From positions 13,144,001 through 13,208,000 of the forward strand of contig OX597823.1 of assembly GCA_951406725.2 (NCBI GenBank): DNA of 64,000 nucleotides. The letters run 5' to 3'. The notes beneath the pieces are model-generated. The model was not told the DNA's origin and did no database searches. It saw only the letters and a list, made by a program, of their open reading frames with translations. Position 1 is the stretch's first letter. Every line of letters begins with the position of its first letter. The stretch is from Octopus vulgaris (lineage: Eukaryota). Of this stretch, positions 26,199 to 39,842 are shown piece by piece. A program made the translations under genes and the position numbers.

Positions 26199-26612
26199 AG
26201 TATGTCTACCTACCAGAAATAGCAGTCAAGGCCCTTATTTAAATGCCCGAAAAGGACACTGATATAAACAACAGAAATCAACCGCCTGCGAGCAAACGGA
26301 TCAAGAAAATCTTTCAACATACATTCAAGTATCTGCACTCAGGTGGACCGGTCTCTGGACTGGCATTATAGCCACACCTTCCTTAGCACGGGTTACCATG
26401 ATGAAAAGCCTGAACCGGCAACGTTGAACGGTTGGGACTTTTCATCATGGTAACACGTGCTGTGCAAGGTGAGACTATAACGACACTCCAGAAACCGGTC
26501 CACCTGAGTGCAATGTATGTTGAAAAATCGTCTTTCTGTAGTTATTATCAGGGTTCTTTTCGGCGATTTAAATAAAAGGTTTGGCTGTTATTACAAGCAG
26601 GGAGACATACTT
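26199..26612. repeat. Fold-back element (~190-bp imperfect arms) with a degenerate hammerhead in each arm
   Basis: gcactcaggtggaccggtctctgga...gcacgggttaccatgatgaaaag mirrored by cttttcatcatggtaacacgtgc...tccagaaaccggtccacctgagtgc. Outer ends gagtatgtct/agacatactt. Confidence 0.85.
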
Positions 26613-26894
26613 ACCACCCAGTCACTCCTACGCCTGCATATGTATATGTATGAATATGCATATGTAGGTGTATAAATAAATTTATGCATATCTGTGTGTG
26701 TGTTTGTGTGTGTGTATGTATGTATGCATGTATGTATGTGTATTCTTTAATTAGAAACGGTCGAAATCCCTGTAAGCATTTTGCACAGCATACAACGATT
26801 CTGCTACATTGCCTGTGTATATAGATACATTTATATATACATATACGTACATACACACACATCCATGCATGCATGCATACGCACAACAAAACAC

Positions 26895-26925
<31 letters not shown>

Positions 26926-26944
26926 GCATATACATATATATATT

Positions 26945-27107
26945 ATGCGCAGGAGTAGCTGTGCAGCGGTAACAGGCTTCCTTCCCAACCAGCTGACTCT
27001 GGGTTTTGTGCAATTGCATGGTACCTTCGACAAGTGCCATCTACTATATCCTCAAAGCCTTGTGAGTGGATTTGGTAGACGGAAAATGAAAGAAGTCCAT
27101 CGTGTAA

Positions 27108-27181
<74 letters not shown>

Positions 27182-27365
27182 GTAGAGAGAGAGAGAGAGA
27201 TAATATATATATGTATGTATGTATTTATGCTTGTATATATATATATGTATGCATTTGTGTGTATGTGTATGTCACCCCACCATCGCTTGACAACTGATAT
27301 TGATGTGTTTACCTCCCCAACTAAAGGACGTGTTCCAGCATGGCAGCAGTAAAATGAGTGAAGCA
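26945..27365 (+). mobile_element. Degenerate SINE family A
   Basis: gcgcaggagtagctgtg head, caaagccttgtgagtggatttggtagacggaaa core. Confidence 0.8.
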
Positions 27366-27869
27366 AGAAAAAGAATTAAAGAATATATATATAGGAGTAC
27401 CTGGGGATGATATGGTGCACGCCAGCATTCTACCACAGAGACATGCATATTCTCTACGCATTTTTAGCGTGTAAGATAAACACAGCAGACGGAACACGTA
27501 AACAGACAAACAGGAATATCACACTACTAGAAAGCTTCCAGTCTTCGCTGCGTGTGCAAGTTACAGTGATATGCTGTAGTGATGCAAGCAAATCAGCTAA
27601 AATTCAAGATTTTGCTTCTCAGCAATCTACGTGTCCCTAAGACATAGCTAGCCTCAGAAAGTAATCGATATGCACTTGACAAAATGCGGCAATGCTATAT
27701 GTTATATATGCCGGAATAACTGGATAGCATCAATTACAGCAAAAGATCTGCTCTAGGGATGATACTGAAGCATCTGGTGCAATTGCTCTTTCCATTAGAC
27801 GACAACTGATGATGTCAATATTATGTAATCTAACAAAATTGTGCTAGCCTATATATGTATGCATATAAG

Positions 27870-27914
<45 letters not shown>

Positions 27915-27920
<6 letters not shown>

Positions 27921-28175
27921 ATCGTTAATTTAAAATAAAATAACAATCTTATCAAGTGGTTGGCATGGAAAAAATAATAATAATTATTAAAATTATAACT
28001 TAGGGTATCTACGAGATACCACCATGCTGAAAATAGCAACCATGATCTGACTTTAAAACCACCTTAAATGTCCATATAGCAACACGGAGAGAAGACAACA
28101 AGACAAGATAAAACTAGTAAAAAATTACTGGATAATTCCAGGTCCCGGATTTCTTGCTTTGCATTTTGCATTTAG
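27915..28175. repeat. (TA)n-associated interspersed repeat family E; copy 1
   Basis: taagatcgttaatttaaaataaaataac...cttatcaagtgg..catggaaa...gtatctacgagataccaccatgctgaaaatagca recurs at 28470-28650 and 48895-49185. Confidence 0.8.
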
Positions 28176-28220
28176 GAATGATTTGCCTCAGCAGTGGAAT
28201 ATACACAGAGAGAAACATAA

Positions 28221-28307
<87 letters not shown>

Positions 28308-28469
28308 ACATACGAATACTTACATATAGAACGTATACATACATATATATGCGCGTATGCATCATGACTAGTTCAAAATGCCCGCTTCTTAATTCCATGT
28401 GCGATATGCTTAAAACGTCACCGCAGTAAATACAGTGACGAAATAAATTTAAATTTATATAAGTAAGGA

Positions 28470-28650
28470 TAAGATCGTTAATTTAAAATAAAATAACTAT
28501 CTTATCAAGTGGTCAACATGGAAAAAAATAATAACCTTCAAAGGTAATAATTATTAAAATTATAACTTAAGCTATTTACGAGATACCACCATGCTGAAAA
28601 TAGCAACCATGCTGAAAATAGCAGCCATATAAGTTATAATTTTATAACAG
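28470..28650. repeat. Repeat family E; copy 2, with internal ccatgctgaaaatagca duplication
   Basis: Direct match to 27915-28045. Confidence 0.8.
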
Positions 28651-29644
28651 TGGATAATGGCAGCCATTATCATCGAAACTGAGGAAAAGGGAGACATTCT
28701 TCAAGCCACGATAACGGACGAAGGAGGAAGGAAAGTAGGAACATTAAAGATGAGTGTCCAGGCAGACAGAGAGGTCTTGGAACGATTGTCCGAGATGATC
28801 ATAATGGGAAATATAACTTTAAGAGTATGGGTGGAGGGCAGAGCTCCTCGGTGTTTCAAATGCTGCCTGAAGGGCCACATAAGAGCTAATTGCCCTCCAC
28901 TAGCGAAGGAACCAAGTAAAGAACCAACAAAAGAGGTAGAAGAACCCCAGGAAGAACAGAAAGAGGCAAGAGTGGAAGAGAAACAAGTGGTCGTAGAAGA
29001 GGATCCAGCAGAATGGGAATCCATGGGGAAAAGGAATAAGAGAAAAAGAAAAAAAGGCAAGCTATACTGAACCCCAAACCATCCTAGCACCACCCGTACC
29101 CTTTGTGGCCCACCCTTCCCCTGCAGATATTAAATCTACCCACTCCCCACCAACAACAGACACACAGGATAACTTACAAAATTCTCGTCCCGCAGACCAT
29201 TATATAGGTTTAATAGACGATGAAGACTTATTTGAAATATTGAAGTATTGTGGAAAGGTTGATTTGCCAGACAGCGGGAATGAGGGATGGGGTAGAATTA
29301 GTATTATCAGGAGACCATATAAAAGAACTCGAAGAACCTAACAAGGTTTATTTGTTAGCAAAGAAAAGGATAGAATCGGATAGGAGGTATGAATTTCAGA
29401 AACAAAATGGGGTGAAACTGGAGGACTACATTTTTTTTTTACTGAAATAGGGAAAGAAGGCAAGTAAGTGATGTTAATTGATGGGGCGGTTAACATCACT
29501 CTCATTTCTCATTTTCACCCTTTTCATCTTTTATCATACGTTTATGTTTTTGTTTTAATTTGAATTTGAATTTTTAGTGTTTTGTGTCCCCGATTTATTG
29601 TGATGTCCCTTCTATGTAAATCCTTTATGGGAAATAAAAAAAAA
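28650..29644 (+). mobile_element. ORF1 (gag-like)-only poly(A) retroelement, L1/Tx1 ORF1-like, 5'-truncated and frameshifted
   Basis: ORF 28657-29070 has LRVWVEGRAPR followed by CFKCCLKGHIRANC (CX2CX4HX4C), then an acidic and basic tail. Further coding-like pieces run to 29450, then a T-rich UTR ending ggaaataaaaaaaaa. Confidence 0.7.
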
Positions 29645-29647
29645 TCA

Positions 29648-30110
29648 TAGAGCACAGTTTTAGCTATCTTTTCGTTGAAGAAGATTTATGTTCCTATAAC
29701 CTGTGTTAATTCTGTAAAACTTTAAAATGGAAGATAAGAAAATTCATTGTCGGCACTAGATGCTTTGAGAACCAGACAAAAATTGCTGCAGCTCGGCTGC
29801 GATGTGTTACCCCAACGTCCATATTCAGCATATATTGCTCCTTCGGATTTCCACTTATTCAGGTCTCTGCAGAATAGTCTTAATGGTAAAAATTTCAATT
29901 CCTTGGATGACGTAAAAACATAACTTGATGAATTCTTTGCCATGAAACCACCCTAATTCTGGGAAGAGGGTATTTTCTAGCTAAAGGAAAGATGGAGATG
30001 CATTGTGCAACAAAATGGTTCATATTTGATTGATTAAAAATGTAATGGCAATTATTTATTGACCTTTTTCTTTCCTTTACAAAGCGGCACCAACTTTCCG
30101 GAAAACCCAA
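29648..30110 (+). mobile_element. Internally deleted mariner element; copy 2 (left TIR missing)
   Basis: Reverse complement of 14992-15460: atggaagataagaaaattcat start, YSAYIAPSDFHLFRSLQ, right TIR gcaccaactttccggaaaacccaa followed by TA. Confidence 0.85.
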
Positions 30111-30534
30111 TATATTTGTCTGGAGAAGAATATGTGTATGACATTGTGTTATTGCTATTAGTAAACAGAAACGCGTCTGAATATGTGATAAATTCCCATT
30201 CTATTTTAACATATATATTCTTGTTGTCTTTACTAATTTAATAAAAAAAATTACATAGTGGCATTAGCGCATGTAAATATTTAAAATGAGTCGCATACTC
30301 GATGGAAGAGATTAAGATAATCTGGATGATACACTGCAATGCTAAATCAGCTTCGGCTTGATTTAAATAACCTGTGCATAGAATATGTTGGGCGGTTATA
30401 AAACGTCATTTAAAAAATAATGGCACTAAGGTACAACGGCTGAAAACTTTTGCTCTAGTTTTTCCATGGGTCGATGAAATAGATATCAGTTAATTATATG
30501 GAACTATTTAATCGGTTTTGTTTAAACTAACTTC

Positions 30535-30951
30535 GGATCTTTTCGGTTTGAACGGCAGTTTTTTTCTAGCGGTGTCATATGAAATTGTCACCCATAATTA
30601 TGACCCTAGAATCGATCTATTGTATTTCAATCTGTTTTAGGGTTAGGGTTACGGGTTATGGAAGAGTATCTTTTTTTCTTCACAAATGTAAATAAACCCA
30701 ATCTGTTTCTTAAACGAGGGACATATTCATACGGCACAGAATGCTTTTTAACTCAATAGACATCACTGATTGGTTGAAATTGCAGAAATTGAAGAAAATA
30801 AACAACAAATATCTTACAAACTATAGAATTTTCTCAATAAAGCCAAGAGAAAAAGATGTTTTATAAACACATTCTACCTGTATACGAAGTTTAAAATTTT
30901 TTAGTTACCTAGAAATTATGTTAAAAACTGCCGTGCAAACCGAAAAGATCC
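30535..30951. mobile_element. MITE with 8-bp TSD (Merlin-like termini), internal TTAGGG repeats; copy 2
   Basis: TIRs ggatcttttcggtttgaacggcagttttt / aaaaactgccgtgcaaaccgaaaagatcc; perfect TSD ctaacttc at 30527-30534 and 30952-30959. Confidence 0.92.
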
Positions 30952-31459
30952 CTAACTTCTTCAGATATCGGGATAATTTTACACTTCACAGTTAAACTAC
31001 TATAGCCAAACTAGCAGATAACCACAACTAATCGGGTGTTTTTATACATTTACTTCAATATTTTTACTGTTTCAGCGTCTTAAAAGTGACACAGCTTTCT
31101 TGCTGCTTCAAGCATCTTCTCGTAGGCGTTATACAAAGATTAAAAAAAAAAAGGTTTATCTTTACTGTAGTCGAAATGCCATTAATAGCTAAAATAGATA
31201 TTTCGTATTTATAAGCAAAGCTTGCAATCTACTCCTCAACATACACAGATCTAACTATAGCAGAGCATTATACTATATATGTACAAATGCCACGGTTTTA
31301 TTTTTTAATAGCTTAGGAGAAAGAAAAAAAATTCTCCTTCATGTATTTTAATATTGTTTGAATAGGATTTTTTTTTGTATATACAAACGCTTACACAGCA
31401 TCACACTTTACATGTCTGCTGCCCTCTCTTCCTTCACCAACCAATTACGCTTCCATTTA

Positions 31460-31466
31460 CGATATA

Positions 31467-31536
<70 letters not shown>

Positions 31537-31598
31537 TACATATATATTTATGTGTTTATGCATATGTATATGTATATATTAGTGTGTGTGTATGTATG

Positions 31599-31673
<75 letters not shown>

Positions 31674-31716
31674 CATACATATGTATATATATATATACAT
31701 ACATATGTATATATAC

Positions 31717-31760
<44 letters not shown>

Positions 31761-31815
31761 GTATATATATATATATATATATATACATATATGTGTGTGT
31801 GGAGAGAGAGAGAGC
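31460..31815. repeat. (TA)n/(TG)n compound microsatellite
   Basis: Direct inspection. Confidence 0.95.
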
Positions 31816-32057
31816 GAGAATTACACGCGCACACATACGCGCACACAACGCACACGCACGCCCACACGCACACGGGCATACACATCCACACGCAAAACGT
31901 TCTCGCACATGCTACATGCCTTTGTTATGTCGACCAATAGTGTATCACGTGAGACAGACACTTTAGAAAATAATAAATATAACCACGATGATAATGGAAT
32001 CAATCAGAGATAAAAGCTACTAGAACATCATTACTAGCATAACTAATAACGAGAAAC

Positions 32058-32059
32058 TG

Positions 32060-32103
<44 letters not shown>

Positions 32104-32178
32104 TACACTACTACTACCACCTACATTACTACTACCAGCTACACTACAACTACCACCTACACCACTACTACTACTATT
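32058..32178. repeat. (CTA)n/(CCA)n microsatellite
   Basis: Direct inspection. Confidence 0.9.
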
Positions 32179-32817
32179 GCTGTTGCTGCTGTTCATACTA
32201 TTACTTACTCCACCATCAGAATTATAACTTCCTCAACGTTCCAATTTACTTCAATATACCCATCAAGATCTTGGTACTTGAAACCACTGCGATTCTTACG
32301 TTATCGCTTCGGCCCGCAACCTTAAACGTCTTAGAGTTCATATTTTGTCTTTCTTGAAATGATCTTATTTTCTGTGGAGTTTTGTTTCTGTTTTTTTTTT
32401 TTTTTTTGGCGTTGTGTGACAGTTTTCCACTCCTCTCCAAGTGTTCTAACTCAGCGCGAAAATAGAAAGATACTAGGGAATAATAGGGGCGATTCCTGAA
32501 ACTAAGGACGAGGCGACGCATTCCAGTACTCTGAGACTTGTGAGCGCTAACAATGCCTACACTCTGCTAATGTTCTGGGCATCGCTACTCTTCCTTTTGC
32601 ATTCTTCGTCAGCTGTTCTAGTCCTTTCTAACAGAAATCTCTTAGAGGTTCTTAATGGCCTTCATATAATTAATATAGGCTTTCTGACATGAATCCGTAT
32701 CGTCATCTTTGAGGGAGCTATCTGAGGAAGCTATCATGCAGCAAATCAGCTTATATAAAAATATTTAAAAAATGTACATACACAATTGAATGTACATCCG
32801 ATAATGTTTACAATATC

Positions 32818-33116
32818 ATTGTTTGTTCCTTCTCGAGCCATGCCTGGCTCATTAGGGCCAGTTTCCCGGTTTCCTTGGCGTATAGGTTCCCCGCCTGGAC
32901 GGGACACCGGTCCGTCGCAGGCGAGCTGCAATATGCAGGAGGAAAGAGTAAGAGAAAGTTGTGGCGAAAGAGTCAGCAGAAGTTCGCCATTACCTTCTGC
33001 CAGAAGGAGCCGCGTGGAGCTTAGTTGTTCCGCTCATAAACACACACATCGCCCGGTCTGAAATTCGAACCCGCAATCCCTCGACCGCGAGTCCCCTGCT
33101 CTAACCACTAGGCCAT
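32818..33116 (-). mobile_element. tRNA-headed SINE related to family C with a different 3' part
   Basis: Minus-strand head atggcctagtggttagagcagggactcgcggtcgagggattgcgggttcgaatttcagaccgggcg has A and B boxes. Confidence 0.75.
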
Positions 33117-33124
33117 ACGTATTT

Positions 33125-33351
33125 CGTTATTGCCCACAAGGGGCTAAACATAGAGAGGACAAACAAGGACAGACAAAGGAATTAAGTCGATTACATCGAC
33201 CCCAGTGCGTAACTGGTACTTATTTAATCGACCCCGAAAGGATGAAAGGCAAAGTCGACCTCGGCGGAATTTGAACTCAGAACGTAACGGTAGACGAAAT
33301 ACGGCTACGCATTTCGCCCGGCGTGCTAACGGTTCTGCCAGCTCACCGCCT
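33125..33351 (-). mobile_element. SINE family B, full length
   Basis: Reverse complement of the consensus. Confidence 0.9.
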
Positions 33352-33792
33352 TATACTATCATAGCTTTTACTATCGTAACTGCTTATACTATCATAGCTG
33401 CTTTTAATTCAGAAGTTAGCTTTGTTTCACATGTGCCACACTACAGCACATCAGTAAGCAAGCTTCACGCTATTTCCATATATGTCCCAGACCGGTGATT
33501 TATTTCCTTTCGAGGTGTGTCGAGTACATGGTACCGAGGTACTACAGTAATAGGGAAATGAAACTACTCGTATCTAGCATTCTTGCTCATCTCGGGAGGA
33601 GTTGTGTCGCCTGTTCTAGTAGAGTCCGTGCTCCATAACACTCGGGGTTGTATGGGGAGCTTCCCAAAGATGCTATCCTGCAACAAATTGCCGTGCAGGC
33701 AAAAGACGTACGCTATGTAAGTATGACTGATGATATATGCACGTATGTATATGTGTGTATCTGTATCAATACATACATAATCATATACATGT

Positions 33793-33837
<45 letters not shown>

Positions 33838-33849
33838 GTTTTATTCTTT

Positions 33850-34608
33850 AATTCAACGCCGGCTGTGGAGCGGTGATGGGGAACAAACACAGACACAAAG
33901 ACACACACGTATAATAAAAATAATATATATATATGTGTATGTGTATATATAAATATTTAAATGAACACACATACACACACACATATGTGTGTGTGTGCAC
34001 ATACGGATACAGTATGTCACCAAAGGTGCAAACAACATGAAATACGTAAACCAACGAGTTAAATACGAAAACAACGAGAGAAGAAAAAATGGAAAACAGA
34101 ACAAGTAAACACAGGGAAACGACCCTGCATCAGTTGTCGGCTGTCTATCTACTCCTCATTTCGAGCATCCGACGACAATATGATTCTTCAAAGACAGTTG
34201 CTCCCATAAATTCTAATAAAAAAAAAAAAAAAAGGTTATATGGAGGGTCAAAGTTGGGAATAAAAACAGCACAGTGGAGACATACAAAGAAAGAGAACGA
34301 AAACAAAAATGGAGGGTCGTTAAACCAGAGCGAGAGGAAAATACTGAACTGTGGGAGGAATATTTTCTTTGAAAAGAGAAAAAAATAGAAGAGAGAGAGA
34401 GAAAAAAATAACCTCCAGTCCTTTGAACGTCCATGCAGGAATACGACGGTCCTCTTTCAGTTTCCGTCTACCAAATCTATTCAGCAGGCTTTGGTCGGCC
34501 TGAGGTTATAGTAGGAGACACTTGCCCAAGGTACCATGCAGTGGGACAGAAATCGGAACCATGTGGTTGGAAAATAAACTTCTTACCACACAGCCATGCT
34601 TGCACCTA
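33850..34608 (-). mobile_element. SINE family A split by a ~520-bp insert (33910-34435) carrying a degenerate HHR-like motif (34145-34197, -)
   Basis: Head half 34440-34608. Insert minus strand ctgtc-t-ttgaaga...gaaa-tgaggag-ta-gatag. Insert loosely similar to 42240-42670. Confidence 0.55.
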
Positions 34609-34625
34609 TATATACGTGTGTTTGT

Positions 34626-34751
<126 letters not shown>

Positions 34752-34767
34752 GTTTATGTGTGTGTGA

Positions 34768-35030
34768 GGTGGTGGACTAATGGTTTAGTATTCAGAGTGC
34801 TGCAATCACGATCGCGAAATCGTGGTTTGGATTTTGCTGCAGGCGATATGTTGTGTTCATGAGTGACACCAGTCTTTTTCCGCTCCCTCAGTTCACTCAG
34901 CTGCAGATGGGTTACCCTGCACCGACTGGCGCTCCTTTTAGAATAAACATTTGCATGCCCGTCTTGTCCCTAGAGTGATACCATTCGAAAGCTCTAACAA
35001 TGCGAGGAGGCACCTTGTGACCAGCGTTGC
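34768..35030 (+). mobile_element. Degenerate tRNA-derived SINE (C/D-related)
   Basis: tggactaatggtttag...tcacgatcgcgaaatcgtggtttggatt...cagttcactcagctgca. Confidence 0.55.
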
Positions 35031-36794
35031 TTAAAATTATCCAACAGTTTTCGCAGAATAGTGATATATGTATATTCATATTGATTATGAGTCAGCTATT
35101 AGTTGGTTCTATGGTTAATATATTCACAAGTAAACGCACCCAAACCTGTCGCAAAAAAGGCGACACATTAATTCATTATTGATATGATATTTACCAAAAT
35201 TACTCCTAATGATTTTCATGAAGTATTGTCCTTTTTATTGATCTTACTGCATTGGAGGTCTGCATATTAAATAGAAGGAAAATTTCTTGGAATAAAACGT
35301 TTATTTTTCTGATCAGCATCCGCAGTTAGGATCACAAAAGAATTTTCTCTGAGCTTCGAAGATGTGCATTCAAACTCTGTTGCAAGCTCCACAACGATCA
35401 CCACCTCCAGTAGTATTTCTACTACAAATGTTATGTACGATTTATGTTTGACACTCACAGGCTCCCTGTAGATCAGACAGATATTTGATTCTACCAGCCA
35501 GAAACCTCACGCTTCATAACCCACTATAATATCAATATAAAGGTAATGGTAGTTGAAACGCATAAGAGCAACATACTCAAATGATATGAACAGACAATTA
35601 TTAATTCTGAATTTCTCACTAAATAAATTTCAAGAGGAATGAATCTGATTGTTAGAGTGAAAAGCTACAACTGCTTCTGTTGCAAAATCTCAACCTCCAT
35701 TGATATTCCCTGAATATAGGGTATCTTTTAATAGATAATAACTATGACATCCAACAAATAAAACAATTATAGAACATTAAGTAGCGCCTGATATATCATG
35801 CAAAATTTCAGTACATTTTACCACAGCATTTTTAACATATACCATCTCAACTAAACAACACTTAAATCTTTCAAACATTTACGGACTTTGCTTTGTTTTG
35901 GACGCTCAAACCTGTCGTAAGCGAGGTGCCGTAACGTACCTCGGGTATTTAAACTTCGTGGAGTCCACCTTTCTCCAGTTCTGACTCTAGGCAATATATT
36001 TTCAGAAAGACACACTGAGAAATGATGTGTGTATGAGAAAGAAAAAGTACTGGACTAGTAGTGCATTTCTTTATCCTAAAAGAACAGATTTTCTTCTATC
36101 CTGCACATTAAACACTGCATCAGTTCAAAGACTTATTCTGACTATACAAGAAAGGGAGCCAAATAACAATTTCTTTAAACTGTACGTTATCTTACGATCA
36201 CATACAAGAGGAACTGCATTAAGAGAGATAAAACCCTCAATGCATACAAACGACTTTTAGATGCAAACACTAGGTTTCATTATTTATACGTCACATTCTG
36301 AATCAGGAAAGCACAGTAGAGTGGCTGTGCATCCCAAGCAAGTTCTAGTTTATTCTGACATGGTTTGTTAGTAGCTCATACACGACTGTTATGCAAACGA
36401 ACAAAACACTATATCTCATCGATATAAACGATTCGATTTGCTTCTGTTTTTGTTTAATTTTTTTTCCCCTGAAAAATGCGCGATATTCAAGGAACATTGA
36501 GCAGAGCGCTGAAAATGATAGCCCTGAAAATTAATCTATCCTAGATTAATAATATCGTAAACACACCAGTTCTTGTGTGTTCGAAAATTTACAGTGTAGT
36601 TCCATATCAATTTGCATATTATCTTCGTCCATGACCCAACTAATTTCTAAATGATATTTCTGAATTTTATGCAGACAATTTGCATCGTTATAAAAAAAAA
36701 AATCTCTGGTCTAATATATTTCGACAAAAGCTTGCATATGCAAACCCGAACACCATGTAGAAGCATAAATTACGAATTACGAAACATAAATTAG

Positions 36795-37207
36795 GACGGC
36801 GAGCTGGCAGAAACGTTAGCACGCCGGGCGAAATGCGTAGCCGTATTTTGTCTGCCCTTACGTTCTGAGTTCAAATTCTGCCAATGTTGACTTTGCCTTT
36901 CATCCTTTCGCGGTCGATTGAATAAGTACCAGTTACGCACTGGGGTCGATGTAATCGACTTAATCCGTTTGTGTCTTTGTTTGTCCTCTCTATGTTTAGC
37001 CCCTTGTGGGTAGTAAAGAAATAGGTGTTTCGTGTATCTTTACGTTCTGAGTTCAAATTCCGCCGAGGCCGACTTTACTTTTCATCCTTTCGGGGTCGAT
37101 AAAATAAGTACCAGTTACGTACTGGGGTTGATATAATCGACTTAATCCGTTTCTCTGTCCTTGTTTGTCTCATCTGCGCGTAGCCCCTTGTGGGTAGTAA
37201 AGAAATA
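36795..37207 (+). mobile_element. SINE family B dimer
   Basis: Same junction as 21785-22200. Flanked by a direct repeat gaaacataaatta, a likely TSD. Confidence 0.9.
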
Positions 37208-37764
37208 AGAAACATAAATTACGAATAATATGTTTGATAATTCTTTTCTAAACGCAATTCTTCCCGAGAATAACATAAAGAAATCTGAAAGCATTGTACA
37301 TAATCATAATATACATCGCTGAATGTCATTTCCTGCCAGGAAATTGTATATTGCTACACCGTTCTGCCGTATAATAAGGTTAATAATTTGTCTATGGATT
37401 TAGGCTCTGCTACTAATGGGTACCTATAGTTCTTCCTTGCTGGTGTAGAATTGCTAATGGCATAATGATAGCTCCACTCTCTCTATAATATATTTGATAT
37501 TCAATGTTTGTATCATATTCTCACATCATGAATCTATTTTCTTACAGATAAAAATTGGGAATCTAGAATAGTTTATTATCTTCGTTTGCATGTGTGATCC
37601 TTTAACGAAATACACCCCTCCCTAAATTGCAGACAGACTAATATATGGCGTAAAATAAATCACACGGGGTTTCTAAAATAACCTTGGACGGCATCGCAAT
37701 TAGCTCGCTCCATGCTCCGTCTTTCACTACTATACGCGCGTAGGCACACACACATGTATGTGTC

Positions 37765-37811
<47 letters not shown>

Positions 37812-38237
37812 TTGTGAGTTATTTGGGTGATGATCGTAACAATACAGTAGTGTTAATTAGACGTGCATGTATTTTTTTCTTGACTTGCTTGCTTATTTAA
37901 CAGAAGTATAATGGCTCGGTGAATACGATAATGAGTAAAATAGTGCGCTCTTGTCTCTAGGGTCGACAATTTGACGACCCTTACATACGCTGTGTTGTTT
38001 TTTATGTAAACCAGTCAGCTTTGTTTACTCAAGTCTTAATGCATCATTACGAGACTGATATTTATTTAAGCATTTACTGCACAACTGTTTTAGCCTAGTT
38101 TTCAAAGCCCAAGGGTTGGAATTTAGACAACGACATGTATTTCTGTTTTATGTCTCTTTGCCGCTTTACTGTCAGTATACACAGACGCCCTTTCTCTCAC
38201 ACTGGCATTTCCAAATAAATATACATATATGCCTCTC

Positions 38238-38314
<77 letters not shown>

Positions 38315-39059
38315 GGCAGTGTTACGAATATAGCAGTAACATTTTGAAGAGAGTACTATTATCATGGGTATTTTTACATGCAACTATTTGTAGTTACAGT
38401 GTGTTTAGAATTAATTAAGGAAGTAACAATTATTAAAATGGTCTGTATATTTAGCTTATACCATTGGGAAGGAACGTTTGAATATGCTTCTTGCCTGTAT
38501 TCGTATATCTACCTGGGGCTTGTGTCATAGAAATGAGAAGTATATTTGAATTATGTTCATACCATTTATGTAATCTTTTTTGTGTGTGAAATGAGAAATT
38601 TTTGAGCCTTCCAAAATTTTGTTTAATCTTTTAGACTATTGTTATGAAGTATATCCGTGAACTTTGCTCTCTCAGCTAATACTCGAGACCTGTAATATCA
38701 ACATGGTTTATGTTTTTAACAATTGTAAGATGTTGGCCGTGAGTGAATTCCTATAAGCGGAGAAAGAACTGGCGATAATAGTTAGGGGGTGGGTGAAAAA
38801 GGGAAAGCTATAATGGAAGCCAGAGGATGACCGACTTGTAAGTTGGATTTATCAGGGTTCCATGCAATTAACCAGACATTAGAAAGCGGAGAGTACTCAA
38901 TATAGCTGAGGTTGAAGAATCAGAGTGAGAAGATGACATGTCCGAGGACCAGATATCTTAACCTCTTGTGTGTACGTGTGTAAGTGTGTGTGCGTGGGGG
39001 TTCGGGTCACAAATCCGAGAAATTAAGATATATGGTTTAGAATCACGTGCTTCTTTGAT

Positions 39060-39245
39060 TATGGTATTCGGCTCACGAAAATAAGGTCGTGGTTTCTACT
39101 CCCGGCATCACGTTGTGTCCTTGAGCAAGACACTTTATTTCTCGTTGCTCCGGTGCACTCATCCACTTGCACATTAATTTCACAAGTAGTCTGTGCTATT
39201 GACCAGGTCAACTGGAACACTCGTCGTCGTTACCGACGGAGTCCC
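39060..39245 (+). mobile_element. Short SINE (family C/D chimera)
   Basis: gtgtccttgagcaagacactttatttctcgttgctcc followed by the family-C 3' end ctcgtcgtcgttaccgacggagt. Confidence 0.6.
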
Positions 39246-39411
39246 AGTAAAGTAAAAGTTACATAATAGCAGCATCACCCGAGATGTAAATATATATTAT
39301 TGCATCCAATTAGTCCAGAATTTTAAGAGTCAAAGTATTTTATTGTCAACAAAATATACACACGCGTACCAAATACGTTCTTCCAGATTACTGTTATTTT
39401 CATGAACTATA

Positions 39412-39572
39412 CACAGGAGTAGCTGTGTGGTAAGAAGCTGGCTTATCAACCACATGGTTTTGGGTTCAGTCCCACTGCGTGGCACCTTGGGCGAGTGTCT
39501 TCTACTATAGCCTAGGTCCGGCCAAAGCCTTCTGAGTGGATTTGGTAGACGGAAATTGAAAGAAGCCCGTCG

Positions 39573-39614
<42 letters not shown>

Positions 39615-39842
39615 CGCGCGTGTGTGTGCGTGTATGTGTTTGTGTGTGTATGTTTGTGTGTCTGTATTTGTCCCCACCCCACCGTCGCTTGACAACCGAT
39701 GCTGGTGTGTTTACGTCCCCGTAACATAGCAGTTCGGCAAAAGTGTCCGATAGAATTAGTACCGTGTTTACAATGAATAAGTCCTGGAGTCGATTTCTCC
39801 GATTCAAGGCGGTGCTCAGAACGTAGCCGCAGTTAAATGGAC
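39412..39842 (+). mobile_element. SINE family A
   Basis: Consensus match. Confidence 0.9.

Noticed and set aside
35267-35458. 63-aa ORF as a host exon
   Set aside because: No recognisable domain or splice context; possibly an eroded LINE end.
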